NCBI GenBank assembly: GCA_040289575.1 | Contig: PSLL01000003.1 | Span: 56,049-112,870, forward strand | Length of the DNA stretch: 56,822 nt | Source: Candidatus Dadabacteria bacterium | GTDB lineage: Bacteria > Desulfobacterota_D > UBA1144 > Nemesobacterales > CSP1-2 | Direction: 5' to 3' | Shown: positions 1-9,894 of the stretch, in pieces | Numbering within the stretch: position 1 is the stretch's first letter | How the letters are laid out: each line of letters opens with the position of its first letter | The notes under the pieces: generated by a model | The model's input: the letters and a program-made list of their open reading frames with translations, nothing else | Told to the model about the DNA's origin: nothing | The model's database searches: none | Made by a program: the position numbers and the translations under genes

Positions 1-1
1 T

Positions 2-447
2 GCGCGGCAGCGTGTTTGGATTACACAGGCATATTTCGCCCCCAACGACGAATTTATTGATGCACTAAAGGCCGCAGCCCATCGCGGGGTTGATGTGCGA
101 ATCCTGTTGCCCGGCTTCTCCGACCACAGAATGATTTTGTATGCCTCGCGCGCACGTTATACGGAACTGCTCGAGGCAGGCGTTAAGCTGTACGAGAGCA
201 AGGATCGACTGCTCCATGCAAAGACGGCTGTCATTGATGGTCTGTGGTCCACGGTGGGATCGAGTAACTTGGATTATTTTAGGCAAATGCGGTTATTCTG
301 GGGCGCGATTTCGGAAGGCAGATGGAGGACCTATTTCAACTCGACATAGGGCGTGCGCAGCCTATAGAATTGGAAAAGTGGAGGCAGCGCTCCGGGTGGG
401 AGCGATTTAAAGAAGGGTTAGGCGGTTTGTTTAAATACTGGTTTTAA
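2..447 (+). pseudogene. Cardiolipin synthase (ClsB-like phospholipase D), 3' part, frameshifted and truncated by the window edge
   Basis: The frame from nt 2 reads ARQRVWITQAYFAPNDEF...LHAKTAVIDGLWSTVGSSNLD (PLD HxKxxxxD motif). After ~280 the homologous tail ANAVILGRDFGRQMEDLFQLD...WERFKEGLGGLFKYWF* continues in another frame to TAA 445-447, with several residues missing at the junction. Confidence 0.8.
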
Positions 448-470
448 GGAGGGACAAGACTATACAGGAG

Positions 471-890
471 ATGACTAATACTGAATGGAGAGATTTCCTA
501 CTTGTGGGTACCTGGGCGGGAAAGCTCGCAACGGTGAGGAGGGACGGGCGCCCGCATGTGGTTCCGATCCGGTTTGCCCTTGACGGCGAGACAATAGTAT
601 TCACAAGTGGGGGTGAGTCGGTTAAGGCGAAAAATATCAGGCATGACCCGCGTGTGTGTATATACGTTGATGACCAGACGCCTCCTTTTGCATTTGTTCA
701 GATTGAAGGTACGGCAACCTTGAGCGACGACCTTGACGAACTGCTCAGCTGGACGACTCGTATCGGGGGCAGATATATGGGGGCCGAACTAGTTGAAGCC
801 TATGGCAGGCGCAATGGCGTTCCAAGCGAATTGCTTGTGCGCGTTATGCTGAGCAGGATTATTGCCCAGAAGGGTGTTGCTGGTTGGTAG
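471..890 (+). CDS. PPOX-class (pyridoxamine 5'-phosphate oxidase-like) putative F420-dependent oxidoreductase
   Basis: Motifs GKLATVRRDGRPHVVPI, KAKNIRHDPRV, DDQTPPFAFV and IGGRYMG; GGAG RBS-like sequence upstream. Confidence 0.85.
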   Translation: MTNTEWRDFLLVGTWAGKLATVRRDGRPHVVPIRFALDGETIVFTSGGESVKAKNIRHDPRVCIYVDDQTPPFAFVQIEGTATLSDDLDELLSWTTRIGGRYMGAELVEAYGRRNGVPSELLVRVMLSRIIAQKGVAGW

Positions 891-1431
891 CGATTGATAG
901 TAAGCCGGATTTGATATGTAAAACGATACAAAATTGATTCAAAGGGATATTCATTTTATATTTCTTAGTCATTGGGCTTATCAATATTGATTGGCTCGAT
1001 GCGTGATGACGCAACGGAAGCGACCTGTGTGAGCTTTCGGATGCCATATGCTCTATAGCTACTTTGGTAGGTGGTATCCTATTGCTCTACTGATGCGACA
1101 AATAGGAGCATCAGGTCAGAATAAACCGAGAGCCTTCGTGGCTAAGGCGTCCAGTTGCTGTCTGTTCGTCACAACTGTTTCATCGCAACAGTTTGCATCT
1201 CGCAAATCTTTGTTTTATGCAAGGCTATTTATACCACGAATAAAAGTCTTATGTCAATGAACCATAGCGGATATATAAAGATCTCCGTGCCATATTGTAA
1301 GTTATTAAATTTATTATATTTCTTATTTCTGCACGTCTATAAAACGTAAACAGTATCTACAACATTTTTATATTTAGAGGGATTTTTTTATTACTAGCGA
1401 CTTAGGACATTGGGGTTTTCCAATCGGCTCT

Positions 1432-1458
1432 CAATGTGTAAAGAAGGTTTACACATTG
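1432..1458. repeat. Perfect 11-bp inverted repeat CAATGTGTAAA-GAAGG-TTTACACATTG
   Basis: Read directly from the intergenic gap between the convergent PPOX and EamA genes. Confidence 0.75.
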
Positions 1459-1670
1459 TTGTAGATTTCTCCGCCGTGTGAGAGATTGTTGAATGTTGAT
1501 GTTACTCTAAATAATTTCATTATATCCATAACCCTTTGACCATTCTAGTGCCGCTATTGCTAAGGATTTAGAGAATATTTAGAAATTATCAGAGGAGAGT
1601 TAAAAAAGCCCTACATCAAATGAATTATATAATTCCGCTATTGCCCCTTGATTAAAGCAGATTGCGTAAC

Positions 1671-2531
1671 TTATGACAATATTATAAATAAAACACCAAG
1701 GATCATAGCTAAGGCTCCAATCAACCTCTTTTCTATACCCCTTTCATTGAAGATCAGATGGCCAAAGAGCACACTCATTATTACGCTCGTTCGCTTTATT
1801 GATATGACATATGCCACATATGTCAGGGTTATTGCCTTCATTTGAAATATAGCCGTTAGAGCACCAAAAAGGCCAATTGGTATTAGGGCTATTAAGTCTG
1901 CTGTTTGATTTACGTTCCTTCGAGATTTATAGAGTACTATTGGTGCCATAACAACCGCTATAAACGTATCTATAGCAATAATCCAGAATATGGGAGATGA
2001 ATTCCCAACACCCACCTTATCAAAATTGGAGGTTATACTCCATATAAAGGCCACAACCATCATGAGTTTTGATCCCCTTTCTTTTAAAAGTGCTTTGAAA
2101 GGGGCTAAGTACCCTCCATGTTTTTCTTTGATGTTCAATATATATGATCCGGCAACAATAAGAACAATCCCGACTAAACCGAGGAGCCTTGGGAATTCAC
2201 CTACAATCAATGACGATGTTATCAGAAGAAATAAAGGCGTGAATGCAACCATAGGAACAGTTATTGATAAGTCTGAGTACTTAATTGCCTTCATATAGAG
2301 TATTGTGGCTATAATATTGAGACTCCCTCCAAAGAATAACGCCACCCAGAATTGATTTCCCAGGTGCGGAATTTTTATAAAGAACAGGAATGGAAGTAAA
2401 AAGGGAAGGGCAAAGAGTATCAACGACAAGGAAACTGCATACTCATCGATATTTTTAAGGTTTCCTTTACTAAAAACGTCTTTTATAGATTCAAAGAATG
2501 CCGTTAGGACTGAATATATAACCCAAGTCAT
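1671..2531 (-). CDS. EamA/DMT family transporter
   Basis: 286 aa, about 10 hydrophobic segments in two EamA-like halves; YVISIKRTS motif. Confidence 0.9.
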   Translation of the reverse strand: MTWVIYSVLTAFFESIKDVFSKGNLKNIDEYAVSLSLILFALPFLLPFLFFIKIPHLGNQFWVALFFGGSLNIIATILYMKAIKYSDLSITVPMVAFTPLFLLITSSLIVGEFPRLLGLVGIVLIVAGSYILNIKEKHGGYLAPFKALLKERGSKLMMVVAFIWSITSNFDKVGVGNSSPIFWIIAIDTFIAVVMAPIVLYKSRRNVNQTADLIALIPIGLFGALTAIFQMKAITLTYVAYVISIKRTSVIMSVLFGHLIFNERGIEKRLIGALAMILGVLFIILS

Positions 2532-2607
2532 ATCTGTATTCCATCTAGTTTATTATAAATTCCTGTTCTCTTGATTTTATGTGTTTCTGAATATATATCA
2601 ATAAGCC

Positions 2608-4236
2608 ATGATAAAACCCTATTCCTGGATTGGAAGGGGCGATATAAATGCCTTCTTCGGGCTTATGATTGACAATATCACAAACCTTGTGATTCTTTCG
2701 GGACTTCTCATCGGGGTTTTTAGGTTCCCGAAAGAATTAGTCTTCTTTCGTATGATTCCCGGAACCGCCATAGGGGTTCTGTGCGGGAATCTCATATTTA
2801 CCTACCTTGCATAGAGGCTCATGAAGAAGACCGTAGTGTCTAATATTACCGCAATGCCGCTCGGAATTGATACCGTATCCCTTTTTGGATATACACTCGG
2901 TATTATAGCACCCGTATATGCTACGACGAATAATGCCGAATTTGCGTGGCATGTAGGTACGGCAACAATTATTCTTACGGGTGTTATCTCGGGTCAATCG
3001 CGGGGGTTGCGCTGCTTCTTATATCATTTCTCCCAAGCGTGTCTCTGTTTAAGTCTCCAATTGTCGGCTTTATATCCCTGGGGATTATTTTCATCAGCTT
3101 TTTCTCAAAAAGGAAACCCCTCTTTGGGCTTCCCGGGGTTCTTTGGGCTGTAATTATTGGAACGGCTATCTACTACGGACTGAAATCCTTCGGCATTCAT
3201 GCAGTAGGCAATACATTGAGTAAGGGGATTCCTCTTGGAATTCATATTCCTCTGCCATCACTTGGTTCTTATGAATCATTTCGCAAGGCATTTAGTTACA
3301 TATCCATAATTCTTCCTCTCAGCATTACAAATGTCATAGGCGGGATTGATGTAACCGGAAGTGCCGAGGCGGCAGGCGATCCATACGATGTTAGGCTCAT
3401 TATTTTTACCGAAGGGATTACGACACTCATCGGAGGGCTTTTTGGCAGCGTGCTTCAGACAACCCCTTACATCGGTCATCCAGCATATAAAAAGATGGGC
3501 GGAAAAGCGGGATATACATTGGTTACGGGATTATTTATAGGGCTTGGAGGTATACTAGGATATATCTCCTTTATTGCAAACTATCTACCTCAGGAGGTCA
3601 TTGTTCCGATTCTGATACTCATAGGGCTTGAAATTACATCACAGGCATTTCACCGTGTTCCTGAAACCCACGCCCCCGCTGTGGCTATGTGTTTTATCCC
3701 ATCAATTGCAAACCTGGTGATTATTGAGGCGGGTCAGCTTGGACTGAATGAGGGTTCTCTTTCAGGAGATAGCCTCTGTACATTCAATGTGATAAAGATT
3801 CTGTCAAACGGCTTTATCGTTACAGCTCTTATCTGGGGAGCGACTAGCGACTATGGTGAGCCTTATTGAAGAGAACCTCAGTCGCACATCGATGTTTCTT
3901 CTTCTCGGAGCCCTATTCTCACTCTTTGGGCTTATGCACTCCCCATACGCGCACGGTGCACTTTTTCTCCCTTGGAGAATACCCGATAAAACCCCTCTCT
4001 ATCTCTCGCTGTCATATTTCATCCTTTCGGCTCTTTCACTCTCGGTGTATTATTCCGAACGTGGTTCTGTAAAAAAAGTGGAGAGCAGGGGTCTTATCCC
4101 GAGAAAAACCAAAAGGGTCACGGAGATTAAGAAGGAGCATGTTGCAGCGCATCCCCTATGGGAGCAATTAGACACCCTGTGCCGTAAGTCAACGGCACCT
4201 ATCTTCTGTCTGTTTGTCGGAGTAGTAAAAAAGTAA
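2608..4236 (+). pseudogene. NCS2-like (xanthine/uracil/vitamin C permease family) transporter, disrupted
   Basis: Motifs GDINAFFGLMIDN, TAMPLGIDT and TTPYIGHPAYKKMGG. Lesions: in-frame TAG at 2812-2814, a deletion/frameshift near 2985, and a 7-bp tandem duplication GCGACTA (3840-3853) that shifts the frame. Confidence 0.85.
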
Positions 4237-4241
4237 CTCGG

Positions 4242-4271
4242 TTGACACATTCAATTTCTTAGTCTTAAAAT
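4242..4271 (+). promoter_or_regulatory. Putative sigma70 promoter
   Basis: TTGACA (4242-4247), 18-nt spacer, TAAAAT (4266-4271), upstream of ORF 4313. Confidence 0.5.
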
Positions 4272-4312
4272 AAAGTGTTAAGTCTCTAAAACCTTATATC
4301 CAAAATGGACAA

Positions 4313-4645
4313 ATGGACCTTTTGATCTCTATGAAGGCCGAAACTATTGAGAAGGGGTTTGAGCCTCAATGGAGTATAATGAGTATGCCCACCGCCCAAT
4401 CGGGAGGGTATTTCATTGCCGAGTTTAGGGAATCAGACCGGGGGAAATTGGATCTTCTCAAGCGCTATGCTGAGATACTCAAGGACAGGCTCGATGGGAA
4501 TAATTTCAAAATAGATCTTACGTCATACGGATTTATGGTTAAAAAAAGGGTTGACGAGGATACCCCGTATATGGAGGCATGGGAAAGGTGGGTTAATTTT
4601 TCAAGAATGATATACAATGAACTCCTGGATGTAATCGGGAATTAG
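4313..4645 (+). CDS. Hypothetical protein (110 aa)
   Basis: Clean ORF with an upstream promoter-like sequence; no family recognised. Confidence 0.65.
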   Translation: MDLLISMKAETIEKGFEPQWSIMSMPTAQSGGYFIAEFRESDRGKLDLLKRYAEILKDRLDGNNFKIDLTSYGFMVKKRVDEDTPYMEAWERWVNFSRMIYNELLDVIGN

Positions 4646-4967
4646 TTATAAGCGAGGAGATATATAAATGAATTTATCATTTAATAGAGGGATCAGGTGC
4701 AGTGCCTTACTGCTCAACCTGATTCATACATAGCATAAATGTGATTCCATTATGTAGACAAAAATGGAATAATGCATACGATAAATGATATTACTCCAAC
4801 ACCTCAAAAATCCTTTTTAATTCTGAAAGTTTCTTAGACTCTTCGGGTGAATTCGGATTTGTTTGTGTTATAATACCCTCCTTAAATGGGGGATTAGTTA
4901 AAAGGATTCAATAAATATGTCTCTGCATTATGCCCTTTAGACAAATAAATTCGGCATCTAGCCATCT

Positions 4968-6251
4968 ATGATTGACTCAATATTACACGAACTATTTATA
5001 CCCTCCACAAACAGTCTCGGTTCGGTGCTTCCTCTTTGGAGCCTCTCGCCTTTTGTTTGTATGCTCATTGCCATTGCAATTTTTCCTCTTATACACGGCC
5101 AGTGGTGGGAGAATAACAAAAACAAGGCCCTTGTCAGCCTAGTTCTTGGGATTCCTGTCGGGATTTATTTTCTATTTGCAGACCGTCATCAGTTGGTACA
5201 CACGGCTATGGATTATATCTCTTTTATAATACTCCTTGGGTCTCTCTTTACGATCTCAGGTGGTATTTTACTGCGGGGAAACCCGCGGGGGACGCCAATG
5301 ATAAACACGATTTTCCTCTTTGTGGGAGCGGTAGTTGCAAACCTGATTGGAACAACCGGCGCGAGTATGCTCCTTATAAGACCATTACTGAGAACAAATG
5401 ACACAAGAAGACATATAAAGCACATACCGATATTCTTCATATTCCTTGTAAGCAATATAGGCGGTTCACTTACGCCTCTCGGTGATCCGCCGCTTTTTCT
5501 CGGATACCTACAGGGCGTGCCGTTCTTCTGGACTCTGAGGCTTTTGCCTCTTTGGACTATGGCGGTTGGGACGGTTCTTCTCATATTCTATTTGTTTGAA
5601 AGACAGGCATGGAAAAGGGAAGCACCCGTTGATATTGTAAGGGACGAGATCCGTAAGGAGCCGATTAGGATTGATGGGAAACTCAACCTTCTCTGGTTCC
5701 TCGGCGTATTGGCGGCGGTGTTTATACCCATGCCCTATAGAGAGATAACAATGGTCTCTATGGCGTATCTCTCATACAGATTCACTGCCAGGGAAATCAG
5801 AGTGCAAAATAGATTCACATTCTATCCCATAAAGGAGGTGGCTGTGCTCTTTGCAGGGATTTTTGCCACAATGATTCCTGCGCTTTTAATTCTCAAGGCA
5901 AGGGGAGCCGAGATTGGAATCAAGGAGCCCTGGCAGTTTTTCTGGATTACGGGAGGTCTTTCATCATTCTTGGATAATGCCCCTACATATCTTACATTCT
6001 TTTCCCTCGCTCAGGGATTGGATATTGGAGGCAGTACAATCAGGATTCCAGAGGATATTCTTATTGCTATAAGTAGCGGGGCGGTTTTTATGGGAGCGAA
6101 TTCATATATAGGAAACGGCCCGAATTTTATGGTGAAATCGATATGCGAGGAAGCGGGTATTAATATACCGAGCTTTTTTGGGTATATGTTATACTCAGGT
6201 TTGATTTTAATACCTGTGTTTATACTGATAACCGCCGCCTTTTTCCTATGA
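4968..6251 (+). CDS. Putative sodium:proton antiporter (IT superfamily, CitMHS_2-like)
   Basis: Polytopic membrane protein with IGTTGASMLLIRP, NIGGSLTPLGDPPLFLG, SSFLDNAPTY and YIGNGPNFMVK. Confidence 0.85.
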   Translation: MIDSILHELFIPSTNSLGSVLPLWSLSPFVCMLIAIAIFPLIHGQWWENNKNKALVSLVLGIPVGIYFLFADRHQLVHTAMDYISFIILLGSLFTISGGILLRGNPRGTPMINTIFLFVGAVVANLIGTTGASMLLIRPLLRTNDTRRHIKHIPIFFIFLVSNIGGSLTPLGDPPLFLGYLQGVPFFWTLRLLPLWTMAVGTVLLIFYLFERQAWKREAPVDIVRDEIRKEPIRIDGKLNLLWFLGVLAAVFIPMPYREITMVSMAYLSYRFTAREIRVQNRFTFYPIKEVAVLFAGIFATMIPALLILKARGAEIGIKEPWQFFWITGGLSSFLDNAPTYLTFFSLAQGLDIGGSTIRIPEDILIAISSGAVFMGANSYIGNGPNFMVKSICEEAGINIPSFFGYMLYSGLILIPVFILITAAFFL

Positions 6252-6254
6252 ATT

Positions 6255-7610
6255 CTAAACGGATTTCCTGGGGGGTATAATGGTTGCCTCTCCTACTTCT
6301 TTATGAATCTTCAGCATCGGAAATGGGTCTTTACCAGTAATTAAGAGCGCGCTGCGCTTTCTTGTAAAGTAGTTCCAAGCCCATTGGAAGAGAACTAGAA
6401 CCTTATTATCAAATTCAACCAGATTAAGAATATGCACAAAGACCCATATCAACCAGGCAAAGAATCCATCGAACTTGAACCTACCTAAATCTGCCACTGC
6501 TTTATTTCTTCCAATCACCGCAAGGCTGCCCTTGTTATTGTAACGAAAAGGTGGAGGGGTATTGCCTTTAATACGCTCTTTAATGGCATTTGCCACATAC
6601 GGTCCTTCCTGCATGGCTACGGATGCCACACCGGGAAGCGGTTTTCCATTATCGTGCGGATAATTGGCCAGGTCACCAATCACAAATATATTTGGATAAT
6701 TCGGTATGGTAAAATCGGGCTGGACTATTACACGTCCAACGTGGTCTAATTCAACCCCAGTTCCTTTAGACAGGACCTGCCCCAAGAAAGATGCCTTTAC
6801 CCCTGCAGCCCAGAGTATCGTTTGGGCCTGGATTTGATCTATGCGATTGCCATTGCGCGTTGTTACGGTGGTGCCTTTATTAATATCGGTTACCATTGTG
6901 TTGGTTTGCACTTTTACATTCAGTTGGGCAAGCGCCCGCTGTGCCTTTGCAGAAAGGTCCGGCGGATATGTAGGCAGTATCCGATCGGCTCCTTCTATCA
7001 ATATAATTTCCGATTCCGCCGTATTTATATTCTGAAAATCATCCTTGAGCGTGGTATATGCAAGCTCTCCTATGGCTCCTGCCAGCTCTACACCCGTGGG
7101 GCCGCCTCCGACTATAATGAATCTCATCCATGCACGACGCATCTTCGGATCCGGTTCCCGCTCTGCCACTTCAAATGAGAGAAATATACGTCTGCGTATC
7201 TCCAGCGCGTCTTCTACTGTCTTTAACCCTGGAGCCATTTGCGCCCACTCATCATGACCAAAGTAGTGATGACTTGAGCCTGTGGCAACGATCAAAGTGT
7301 CGTAAGTGATTTCCCCATCACGGAGAATAACCCTTTGTCCGTTCGGATCAATGTCAACTACCTCGGCAGTGAACACCCATATATTTTTATAACGGTTTAA
7401 TACAGCGCGTATTGGAGAAGCGATATCGCCGGGAGACAGCCCGCCTATAGCCACTTGATAGAGAAGCGGCTGGAACAGATGGAAATTGCGTTTGTCTATA
7501 ATCGTGACCTTTACCGGAGAGTTTCCAAGTGTTCTTGCGGCATAGAGCCCCGCAAAGCCGCCTCCAATAATTACTACATGATGAATATAACCGTTTTTTC
7601 TATCCGCCAT
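6255..7610 (-). CDS. ndh: Type II NADH dehydrogenase (NDH-2)
   Basis: VVIIGGGFAG, HLFQPLLYQVA, second Rossmann motif GGGPTGVELAG, and C-terminal WLIWVFVHI. Confidence 0.9.
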   Translation of the reverse strand: MADRKNGYIHHVVIIGGGFAGLYAARTLGNSPVKVTIIDKRNFHLFQPLLYQVAIGGLSPGDIASPIRAVLNRYKNIWVFTAEVVDIDPNGQRVILRDGEITYDTLIVATGSSHHYFGHDEWAQMAPGLKTVEDALEIRRRIFLSFEVAEREPDPKMRRAWMRFIIVGGGPTGVELAGAIGELAYTTLKDDFQNINTAESEIILIEGADRILPTYPPDLSAKAQRALAQLNVKVQTNTMVTDINKGTTVTTRNGNRIDQIQAQTILWAAGVKASFLGQVLSKGTGVELDHVGRVIVQPDFTIPNYPNIFVIGDLANYPHDNGKPLPGVASVAMQEGPYVANAIKERIKGNTPPPFRYNNKGSLAVIGRNKAVADLGRFKFDGFFAWLIWVFVHILNLVEFDNKVLVLFQWAWNYFTRKRSALLITGKDPFPMLKIHKEVGEATIIPPRKSV

Positions 7611-7799
7611 GATCTGATTTGTCTATCCTCATATTAGTTAATCACACAAATAGTATGGTATCAACAAAAACTTTTGGAAGAAACAACCATATTGAATACA
7701 GATTTGTTAGAGAGTCTAAACCTGTTTTGAAAGTGTAGATTAGGAATAAAAAATTGGGTATTTCACCAGTTTTGCCGACGAACTTATGTTATATAATCA

Positions 7800-9185
7800 A
7801 TGCGAGGTCAGTATGAAAATGGTATAACTAATAGGGTGAAATCAAAAAGAGATACCACACGTCTGTTGGCTTTTAAAATACTAAACAGAGTGCTCTTTGG
7901 AGGGGCCTATCCAGACCTCGTGCTCAAAAGCACATTTGAGAGAAACCCGGACCCCAACCATCTGGATAAATCCCTTTTGACGGAAATAGTCTATGGCGTT
8001 ATCAGATGGCTGGGGAAATTGGACTACATAATAGCCCTTTTTATAGAGAGGAGGGTTAATAAAAAGGAGATTCTTAATATACTGAGAATTGGACTATATC
8101 AACTCCTATTCTTAGACAGCGTTCCTAATTATGCCGCAATCTCCGAGACTGTAGATGTTGCAAAAGGCGTATTCGGAGAGAGGGTTGCCGGATTTGTCAA
8201 TGCGATTTTAAGAGGGTTCTTAAGAAGCAAAGAGAACATACGCTATCCTGAGAAGGAGTCAAGTCCAATAAGTTACATATCTGTAAACCATTCTTTCCCT
8301 CAGTGGCTTGTAGAGAAGTGGATAGATTCATTTGGGTTAGATTTCACAGAAAGGCTCTGTTATTCGCTTAACCGGATTCCACCCCTTACAGTAAGGGTAA
8401 ACACGCTCAAGACAACAAGGGAGAATTTAATCCAAAATATAGAAGATAGAGACATCGAAGTGATAAAGACTAAATATTCGCCGACTGGAATCTCATTTTT
8501 AACCGGTATCAACCCTGTAGAGATTCCAGGATTTGAATCAGGGCTTTTTACAGTTCAGGATGAAGGAGCACAGATTATTTCCCTTCTCCTCAATCCAAGG
8601 CCGGGAGAGAGAATACTCGATGCATGCAGTGCACCCGGCGGAAAATCCACACACATTGCAGAACTCATGGAGAATCGGGGAGAGATTATAGCGTGTGATA
8701 TTAATCCATCAAGACTAAAACTGATCGAGTCACAATCAAGAAGATTAGGAGTAAAAATAATTAAAACGATTTGTGCCGATGCCTCTGACAAGGGGTTTCT
8801 AGAAGGAGAGAGGTTTGATAGGATTCTAATTGACGCTCCGTGCTCAGGGCTTGGAACTATTAGAAGGAACCCAGATACAAAATGGAAGAGAACACAAAAC
8901 GATATACTTGAACTCTCGGATATCCAGTTTAAAATTTTATCTAATGTATCGGCTAGACTTAAAGGAAATGGTACAATCATCTATTCGGTGTGCACGCTGA
9001 TGCCAGAGGAAAATGAGGGTTTGATACGGAGGTTTCTATCTTCACACCCGGAGTTTAGGATTGACTTAGAGATAGAATCAAACTCATATATTAAAGACTT
9101 TCTAGATGAAAATGGATTTTTCATTTCCAATCCGATAAGGCATAATATGGATGGGTTCTTTGCTGTACGAATGAAAAAAAATTAG
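7800..9185 (+). CDS. rsmB: 16S rRNA m5C967 methyltransferase RsmB (NusB-like N-terminal domain)
   Basis: VQDEGAQ, LDACSAPGGKS, DAPCSGLG, YSVCT..PEENE and DGFF motifs; exact start uncertain. Confidence 0.93.
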   Translation: MRGQYENGITNRVKSKRDTTRLLAFKILNRVLFGGAYPDLVLKSTFERNPDPNHLDKSLLTEIVYGVIRWLGKLDYIIALFIERRVNKKEILNILRIGLYQLLFLDSVPNYAAISETVDVAKGVFGERVAGFVNAILRGFLRSKENIRYPEKESSPISYISVNHSFPQWLVEKWIDSFGLDFTERLCYSLNRIPPLTVRVNTLKTTRENLIQNIEDRDIEVIKTKYSPTGISFLTGINPVEIPGFESGLFTVQDEGAQIISLLLNPRPGERILDACSAPGGKSTHIAELMENRGEIIACDINPSRLKLIESQSRRLGVKIIKTICADASDKGFLEGERFDRILIDAPCSGLGTIRRNPDTKWKRTQNDILELSDIQFKILSNVSARLKGNGTIIYSVCTLMPEENEGLIRRFLSSHPEFRIDLEIESNSYIKDFLDENGFFISNPIRHNMDGFFAVRMKKN

Positions 9186-9204
9186 GTAGGGAATCATAAT
9201 CAAT

Positions 9205-9894
9205 ATGAAGAGATTTATAGTTCCTTCTATTCTTTCCTCCGATTTTACTAGATTGGGAGAGGAGGTAAAAGCTGTCCAGAGGGCGGAAGCCGATTGGATT
9301 CATGTGGATGTAATGGACGGTCATTTTGTACCCAATATAACCATAGGGGTTCCTGTGGTGAGGTCGCTTAAGGACCTGAATCCACCTATGATGGATATCC
9401 ATCTTATGATTGAGAATCCTGACAGATTTATTCGATCCTTTATTGAAGCGGGAGAGCCGTTTGTAAAGGCCATAACGGTTCAGGTAGAGGCATGCGGGCT
9501 TCTCTATAGTACTATAGCTGAGATTAGGTCTTATGGAGTAATGGCTGGGGTTGCAATCAATCCGGGAACCCCGATTTCTTCAATAGAGGAGATTCTTCCC
9601 TATATAGATTTGATTCTTGTAATGACAGTAGAGCCGGGTTTTGCGGAGCAGAAGTTCATTAAGACGATGATTCCGAAGGTAAAACGATTGAGGCATATAA
9701 TTGACAACTCAGAATACAAGCCACTTATTTCGGTTGACGGCGGAATTAAATTGGATAACATTCGAGAAGTGGCCGAGGCTGGGGCGGATATATTTGTTTC
9801 TGGTTCAGGTATATTCAAGACCAAAAACTATGCCGAAACTATATGGGCAATGAGAAGAGAGGTAGAAGATGCTGGAAGGAAAAGTGATAGATAG
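9205..9894 (+). CDS. rpe: Ribulose-phosphate 3-epimerase
   Basis: PSILS, HVDVMDGHFVPNIT, MTVEPGF and VDGG. Confidence 0.95.
   Translation: MKRFIVPSILSSDFTRLGEEVKAVQRAEADWIHVDVMDGHFVPNITIGVPVVRSLKDLNPPMMDIHLMIENPDRFIRSFIEAGEPFVKAITVQVEACGLLYSTIAEIRSYGVMAGVAINPGTPISSIEEILPYIDLILVMTVEPGFAEQKFIKTMIPKVKRLRHIIDNSEYKPLISVDGGIKLDNIREVAEAGADIFVSGSGIFKTKNYAETIWAMRREVEDAGRKSDR

Noticed and set aside
1448..1466. TGTTGTAGAT resembling the 3' end of a Cas12a repeat
   Set aside because: Single copy, no TCTAC stem in the right position, no spacers and no cas genes.
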